From a virus, in IMG/VR virus record IMGVR_UViG_3300046665_000589, positions 29,508-93,507 of that record: a stretch of 64,000 nt of DNA; one strand, 5' to 3'. Shown piece after piece: positions 58,937-64,000 of this stretch. How positions within the stretch are numbered: position 1 is the stretch's first letter; each line of letters begins with the position of its first letter. The notes beneath the pieces are model-generated. The model had not been told where the DNA came from. It ran no database searches and was given only the letters and a program-made list of their open reading frames with translations. A program made the position numbers and the translations under genes.

Positions 58937-59551
58937 ATGAACTTTGCAGAATACCCCGCCCTCGCGGCCCGCACCGAAAAACAGTTGCCGACCATTTTCG
59001 CCCGGCTGGAGCACGCCGCGCTCGGTATCGGCACCGAAGTCGGCGAGATCGCGACCCCGATCAAGCGCATCGCCATCTACGACAAGCAGCTGACCGACCT
59101 CGAGAAGAACGGCAAAACGCTCCTGCAGAACCTCGCCGAAGAGATCGGCGATGTGCTGTGGTACCTGGCCATCATCGACAACGTCGGCCCGCGCGACATC
59201 TTCCAGGCCGCGTCACTGCGTCCGAACCGCGCGCTGGCCGATGACCTCCAGGTCAGCGCCCTGAAGTCGACCTCGCGCCGCCTGCAGGTGTTTGCCGGTG
59301 CCATCTCGATGCAGGTCGAAGACCTGTACGTGGGCCTGTACGTGGGCGACGATCCGACGGACTCTGTCAGTGCTGACGCGCGGGGGCTGCTGCAGGAGCT
59401 GGTGAACCTGGCCTACCTCCTCGGCCTGGACATCGTCCAGATCGCAGCCGACAACATCGCCAAGCTGCGCGAACGCTTCCCTGACGCCTACAGCAACGAG
59501 GCGGCCGAGGCGCGTGCCGACAAGGGCGGCCTGGATGCGCGGAACTCGTAA
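58937..59551 (+). CDS. MazG-like nucleotide pyrophosphohydrolase
   Basis: LGIGTEVGEI...EEIGDVLWY...NIAKLRERFP. Confidence 0.85.
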   Translation: MNFAEYPALAARTEKQLPTIFARLEHAALGIGTEVGEIATPIKRIAIYDKQLTDLEKNGKTLLQNLAEEIGDVLWYLAIIDNVGPRDIFQAASLRPNRALADDLQVSALKSTSRRLQVFAGAISMQVEDLYVGLYVGDDPTDSVSADARGLLQELVNLAYLLGLDIVQIAADNIAKLRERFPDAYSNEAAEARADKGGLDARNS

Positions 59552-60616
59552 ATGGCGACCCACCTGGTAACTGCGGCAGCGCAGGTCCGGGCCCTGGCAA
59601 AAGCGGTTTCGGCCGCTTTTGCCGCGTCTGTGCTGACCGACGCCGAGAAGTCGCCCGGGAAGATCGAGATCACCGACCTGCCGTGGCAGGCGCCGCCGCT
59701 GATCACGCCGCAGCTGCTGTCCGGCGCCGCGCTGCAGGACTACTACGACGCCCCGCTCCCGCTCGACCAGCACGCCCTGCACGCGTTTTGGGTCAAGACG
59801 CTGACCGACATGTGGTACCGGCCGTCGTCGCTGTACGTGCGTGGGCGCGGCGCCTTGACCAACTGCGGCAAGGCGATGCCGCATGTGCGCGTCGGCCAGC
59901 GCGTGTTCCGCTTTGCGCGCCCGGCCGGCTGGCCAGTGCTCGACGAGATGGCCGGCGCCATGTTCTCGCTCGAAGTGGCGCACGCGGCGCGCACCTCGCT
60001 GCCGGTCAAGGACGTGATCGAGGACGACGACAACTATTTCGTCGAGTTCGAGGACGGCATGCAGATCGGGGTCAAGGCTGGGCGCCCAGCCTGCGAGTCG
60101 CCGTGGCAGGCCCCGGTCGCCGGTATGGTGCCGGACCTCCTGACCATGCCGCGCGGCGCAGCCGACCACCAGTGCTACTACGACCAGCTGGCCTCGGTGC
60201 GCTCGGTGCTGCACGTACACCGTGACCGCTTCCCGCACAACTTCCAGGCGCTCGACGACGCGCTGCAAGCCTTGCGCCTGCTCTCGTTCGGCGGCTACTG
60301 CCCGGAGCTCTTGCAGGCGATGCAGGTCTCGCCGATCGAGATGGCCCGCCACCGGGAGCACGAACGCGCGTTGGCCGACTGCCTGGAGGTGATCGAGCTC
60401 GAAGCCATGAGCGACCGCGCCAAGCTGCAGTCGCTGCGCGCGGTGCTGGTGCCGGCCGTACTGTCGGTCTCGGCCTTCAAGAAGTACGTGTTCGCCGGTG
60501 ACCAGTTCCCGTTCACGCTGGCGCGGGGGCGCATCGACGCGATTCGCAGCTGGCTGCAGACGCGCTACCTGGCACTGCCGGACGACGTCCAGCGGGAGGG
60601 CGTATGCAGTCGGTGA
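59552..60616 (+). CDS. Hypothetical protein
   Basis: 354 aa coupled ORF. Confidence 0.65.
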   Translation: MATHLVTAAAQVRALAKAVSAAFAASVLTDAEKSPGKIEITDLPWQAPPLITPQLLSGAALQDYYDAPLPLDQHALHAFWVKTLTDMWYRPSSLYVRGRGALTNCGKAMPHVRVGQRVFRFARPAGWPVLDEMAGAMFSLEVAHAARTSLPVKDVIEDDDNYFVEFEDGMQIGVKAGRPACESPWQAPVAGMVPDLLTMPRGAADHQCYYDQLASVRSVLHVHRDRFPHNFQALDDALQALRLLSFGGYCPELLQAMQVSPIEMARHREHERALADCLEVIELEAMSDRAKLQSLRAVLVPAVLSVSAFKKYVFAGDQFPFTLARGRIDAIRSWLQTRYLALPDDVQREGVCSR

Positions 60617-60822
60617 GGCACACCGTGCTCGAAGTGCTGATCAGTACCGGGGCGGCGTTCATCATCAGCGCGCTGCTGCAGCACTTCGTGGTCAACCCGC
60701 TCTGGCACCTGCAATCGAGTGCGAGCGACAGCATCGGCATCACGGTGTTCTTCACCGTGGTTTCGCTGGTGCGTTCGTACATTTTCAGAAGAATATTCAA
60801 CAAATTAGGGAGTAGCAAATGA
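60604..60822 (+). CDS. Small two-TM phage protein
   Basis: MQS..HTVLE...ITVFFTVVSLVRSYIFRRIFN. Confidence 0.7.
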   Translation: MQSVRHTVLEVLISTGAAFIISALLQHFVVNPLWHLQSSASDSIGITVFFTVVSLVRSYIFRRIFNKLGSSK

Positions 60823-61352
60823 TATTAGTTGGAATCACCGGCAAGGCCGGTGCCGGTAAGGACACCATTGCCGACTACCTCGAGACTGGGCATGGTTTCA
60901 TCAGGCTGTCGTTCGCCAGCACGCTCAAGGCCATGATGGCTGCCGCCGGCATGCCGGAACCGGCCCGCCGCGAGAACAAGGAGCTGCCGGTGCCGGGCTT
61001 CGGCTTCACCTGGCGCGAGGCGGCGCAACGCCTCGGCACCGAGTGGGGTCGCGGCCTGGACCAGGACATTTGGGTCAAGCTCGTGGAGCAGCGCCTGCGC
61101 ACCGAGTTCCAAGGCTCACGTGTCGTGCTGTCCGACGTGCGCTTCGAAAACGAAGCAGCGATGATCCGGCACCTGGGCGGCATCTTGCTGCATGTGGTCG
61201 GTCGGGCGGCGGACCTGGGAGCCAACGCGGCCCACGCGTCGGAGGCCGGTGTCAAGTTCTCCTTTTCCGGCGGCGACCGTTACATCGACAACAGCGGCAG
61301 ACTCACCGACACAATTTGCCGCGTGGACCGGGCACTGTGGGGTACGCGATGA
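60819..61352 (+). CDS. Deoxynucleoside monophosphate kinase
   Basis: GKAGAGKDT, QRLGTEWGR, SDVRFENE, HASE. Confidence 0.9.
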   Translation: MILVGITGKAGAGKDTIADYLETGHGFIRLSFASTLKAMMAAAGMPEPARRENKELPVPGFGFTWREAAQRLGTEWGRGLDQDIWVKLVEQRLRTEFQGSRVVLSDVRFENEAAMIRHLGGILLHVVGRAADLGANAAHASEAGVKFSFSGGDRYIDNSGRLTDTICRVDRALWGTR

Positions 61353-61591
61353 TCGAGCGTACCGCGGACGAAGTGGAACTGGCTGGTCAGATCGAGATGC
61401 TGCAGCGCGACGGCGGCTTGGCCGCGGTGCGCGAGGCCTTGCGCCCGCAGGCGCCGGCCGGCGTCACGGTATGCGCCTGCATCGGCTGCGGCGAGCCGCT
61501 GCCGGCGGTACGGGTCGCCTACAGGTGGGTGCGCTGCGCGCCTTGCCAAGACGAGGTCGAGAAGCGGCTGAAGCTGCGAGGGAGGCGGTGA
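61349..61591 (+). CDS. TraR/DksA C4 zinc-finger protein
   Basis: ADEVELA N-terminal helix; CIGCGEPLP.VR......RCAPCQ. Confidence 0.85.
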   Translation: MIERTADEVELAGQIEMLQRDGGLAAVREALRPQAPAGVTVCACIGCGEPLPAVRVAYRWVRCAPCQDEVEKRLKLRGRR

Positions 61592-61970
61592 TGCATTTTG
61601 ACGGCTTTGTCTTCTGTATCACGATGGCGCTCTTCCAATTCATCCGGGACTGCCGCCTGTACTGGAAGAGCCGCCAGACGACCGGGCCAAAACGGCTTGG
61701 GTATCTCTGGGTAGGTATGCAGTGCACTCACCTGACGCACATCTGGGCGGCCGCCGCCGTCATTATCGGAGCACTCAAATGATGATGAAACTAATACTGC
61801 TGGGCGTCTTCGTGCTCCTGGCGCTGATTGTTGCCAGCGTGAACCTGCGCGCGGCAGGACGAGCTCAAGAAGAACAGACGCCTTGGACACGCTATTTCCT
61901 GCTTACGACGAACATCTGGGCCGCAGCCGCCCTCGTGATCGGTGCGCAGATATTGGGGAGCATTCAATGA
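61591..61970 (+). other. Two small paralogous membrane CDSs (61591-61782, 61779-61970)
   Basis: Both contain IWAAAA.(I/V)IGA near the C-terminus. Confidence 0.55.
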
Positions 61971-64000
61971 AAAAACGACTCGCCTACGACATGTCCAGCT
62001 TCATGTGGACCATGCTCTCGTGGGGCAAGGACAAAGAGAACGGCTACACCGTCCAGCACGAAGGCAAGGACGTCTACGTCAACAGTGCGCTGTACGGCTT
62101 CGACAACACGATGGGCCGGATGCTGGACGTGCTGACCTGGGCCAAGCTCAACCCGATTAACTGCATCCTGGTGTTCGAGGGCGCCAACTCCAAGTCGCGC
62201 CGCCTGCTGATCGACAACAGCTACAAGGGCGGCGCCGGCTCGAGCCGGCCGCCCGAGGCCTACGAGGAATTCGTCAAGCTGCGCGAGATGCTCAAGCAGG
62301 CCTGGAAGGACCTCGGCGCCCAGACCATGTGGCAGGACGCGGCCGAGGGCGACGACGTGCTGGCCTGGCTGGCGCACAACACCGAGGATGACCTGATCGT
62401 CGCCACCTTCGACAACGACCTGACGGTACTGAACCTGGACCCGAACGCCTACGGCGCCAAGGTCACGACCTGGATCAACGAGATGGTCGGGTTCAACAAG
62501 TACGGCGTGTTCGACTACGACCTGGTCACCACCTACAAGGCGCTGGTGGGCGACTCGTCTGACAAGATCAAGGGTTGCCCGGGATTCGGCCCGTCGGCCT
62601 GGGAGCAGCTGCGCTCCCAGTACGGTGACGACGGTGTGCGCGAGATCCACAACATGCTGCTGGAGTCGAACCTGAACAAGTTGGCCGAGTACATCGGCGG
62701 CCCGCAGGACAAGCTGCTGCAGAAGATCCTCGACAACGCGCCGCAGGTGCAGTGTTGCTTCGATCTTGCCCGGGTGCGCCCCGAGTGGGTCAGCACGATG
62801 CGCATGCCGATCTGCTGGGAGCCGGGCATGGTGCGCCAGTTGGCGCCAAGCGACCGCGACCCGCGCCTGAAGAAGTGGTACGGGAAGACGCGCCTGATCA
62901 CGGCTGAGAACTTCGACGAGGCGGTGGCCTGGGCCATGCCGCACATCCTGGCCTCGGAAGAAATCGCGCTCGACATCGAGACCTCGACCCAGGACGAGTC
63001 GGACGAATGGCTGGCCAACATGAGCAAGACGGGCGACTCGGAAGACGCGGGCGTGGACGTGTTCGGCTCCTATCTGGTCGGCCTGGGCCTGACCTTCGGC
63101 GCCAACAACCAGTTCACGTTCTACATCTCGGTCAAGCACGCCGATACCAACAACGTTGACAGCGAGAAGGTGCGCCAGTTCATCGCCGCGATCCCGCAGG
63201 ACAGGCAGCTGGTCATCCAGAACGTGTCGTTCGAGCTGGCCGTGCTGTTCAACGAATGGGGCGCGCGCCAGCTGGACAACGGCTACCACGGCTTCCTGCC
63301 CAACGTGCGCGACACCGCGCTGGAGGCGTCCTACGTCGACGAGAACAGCCGGCGCGGCCTGAAGGAGCGCTCGCACAGCATCCTCGGCTACCGCCAGCAG
63401 ACCTTCGACGAGACCGTGCGCCTGACCGCCCACCCGTCCGAGCTGTTCCCGGGCGGGCGCCTGCTGTCGGAAGATTACGAAACGCGCCTGGTCGGCACCG
63501 GCCGCTTCGAGCCGCTCACCGAGGAAGAGATCGCCGCCGGCCTGCAGCCGGTCGAGATCATGAAGACCGAGACGGTGATGGAGGAGACCGGCGAGTTCGA
63601 GACGGTCGAGGAGCCTGTGCTCGACTCGCGCCTCATCCCACTGCTTGACGGGGAGGGGCAGCCGATGTACCGCGAGGTGCAGAAGCCGGTGCTGCGCCCG
63701 AAGGTGAAGACCCAGACCCGCCGCTACAAGATGCACGAGCTGCCGGCCTGGCACGTGCTCGGCTACGGCGCCGACGACCCGATCTGCACCATCGCGCTGC
63801 ACAACTACTACAAGCTGCACATGCAGCTCGAGCACCACTATACGGTGTACGAGGAGGTCGAACTCAACGCCGCCTACCAGCACGCCAAGAACTTCATCGA
63901 CGGCTGCGACATCTCGCTGGAGAAGATGAACGAGCTGTCGGCCGAGGACGACGTCACCTACGACCAGGCCGGGGGCGTGCTGCGCGGGTACCTGATCGAC
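61967..64000 (+). CDS. Family A DNA polymerase with 5'-3' and 3'-5' exonuclease domains (partial)
   Basis: EGDD, DND and LVGDSSDKIKGCPGFG (FEN/H3TH); LDIETS Exo I, QNVSFE Exo II, YGADD Exo III; open to window end. Confidence 0.85.
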   Translation, partial: MKKRLAYDMSSFMWTMLSWGKDKENGYTVQHEGKDVYVNSALYGFDNTMGRMLDVLTWAKLNPINCILVFEGANSKSRRLLIDNSYKGGAGSSRPPEAYEEFVKLREMLKQAWKDLGAQTMWQDAAEGDDVLAWLAHNTEDDLIVATFDNDLTVLNLDPNAYGAKVTTWINEMVGFNKYGVFDYDLVTTYKALVGDSSDKIKGCPGFGPSAWEQLRSQYGDDGVREIHNMLLESNLNKLAEYIGGPQDKLLQKILDNAPQVQCCFDLARVRPEWVSTMRMPICWEPGMVRQLAPSDRDPRLKKWYGKTRLITAENFDEAVAWAMPHILASEEIALDIETSTQDESDEWLANMSKTGDSEDAGVDVFGSYLVGLGLTFGANNQFTFYISVKHADTNNVDSEKVRQFIAAIPQDRQLVIQNVSFELAVLFNEWGARQLDNGYHGFLPNVRDTALEASYVDENSRRGLKERSHSILGYRQQTFDETVRLTAHPSELFPGGRLLSEDYETRLVGTGRFEPLTEEEIAAGLQPVEIMKTETVMEETGEFETVEEPVLDSRLIPLLDGEGQPMYREVQKPVLRPKVKTQTRRYKMHELPAWHVLGYGADDPICTIALHNYYKLHMQLEHHYTVYEEVELNAAYQHAKNFIDGCDISLEKMNELSAEDDVTYDQAGGVLRGYLID

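Noticed and set aside
1-64000. Integrase, repressor, att site, tRNA or lysis genes
   Set aside because: None recognised; lifestyle cannot be decided from this partial genome

Overview
Partial genome of a GC-rich tailed dsDNA phage, probably siphovirus-like. The host is probably proteobacterial, inferred from rdgC, traR/dksA and sigma70/sigma54-type motifs. Positions 1-10955 (minus strand) hold the packaging/head/neck module: tandem-HTH protein, small and lambda-gpA-type large terminase, portal, S49 protease-scaffold, decoration protein, major capsid and neck genes, interrupted by an inverted GIY-YIG homing endonuclease. An A-tract and palindrome-rich divergence zone (~10980-11630) is the probable genome end. 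It is followed by ~34 kb of short, translationally coupled plus-strand early genes. An inverted three-gene virion cassette (SGNH esterase-FN3-SPRY) lies at 45.5-49.0 kb. A replication/nucleotide module follows: RdgC, C5 methyltransferase, SNF2-like helicase, primase-helicase, putative SSB, DEDDh exonuclease, MazG, dNMP kinase, TraR and a PolA-type polymerase running off the end. The strongest unexplained signals are mostly non-coding. (1) A textbook type II hammerhead ribozyme at 13925-13979, near a ~700-nt highly structured intergenic RNA candidate. (2) Seven sigma54-type -24/-12 boxes in promoter regions; three lie backwards over late promoters and one covers the start of a two-HTH protein. 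(3) A ~345-bp 10-bp-periodic TTGACA array with an AT-rich tract, flanked by two apparently domesticated homing-endonuclease derivatives (candidate origin). (4) A T4 gene-32-like pseudoknot ahead of the putative SSB. (5) Stand-alone fragments of PolA (motif B) and of an IS5-type transposase. No integrase, tRNA or CRISPR was seen. All calls come from motif reading by eye; no database search was run.
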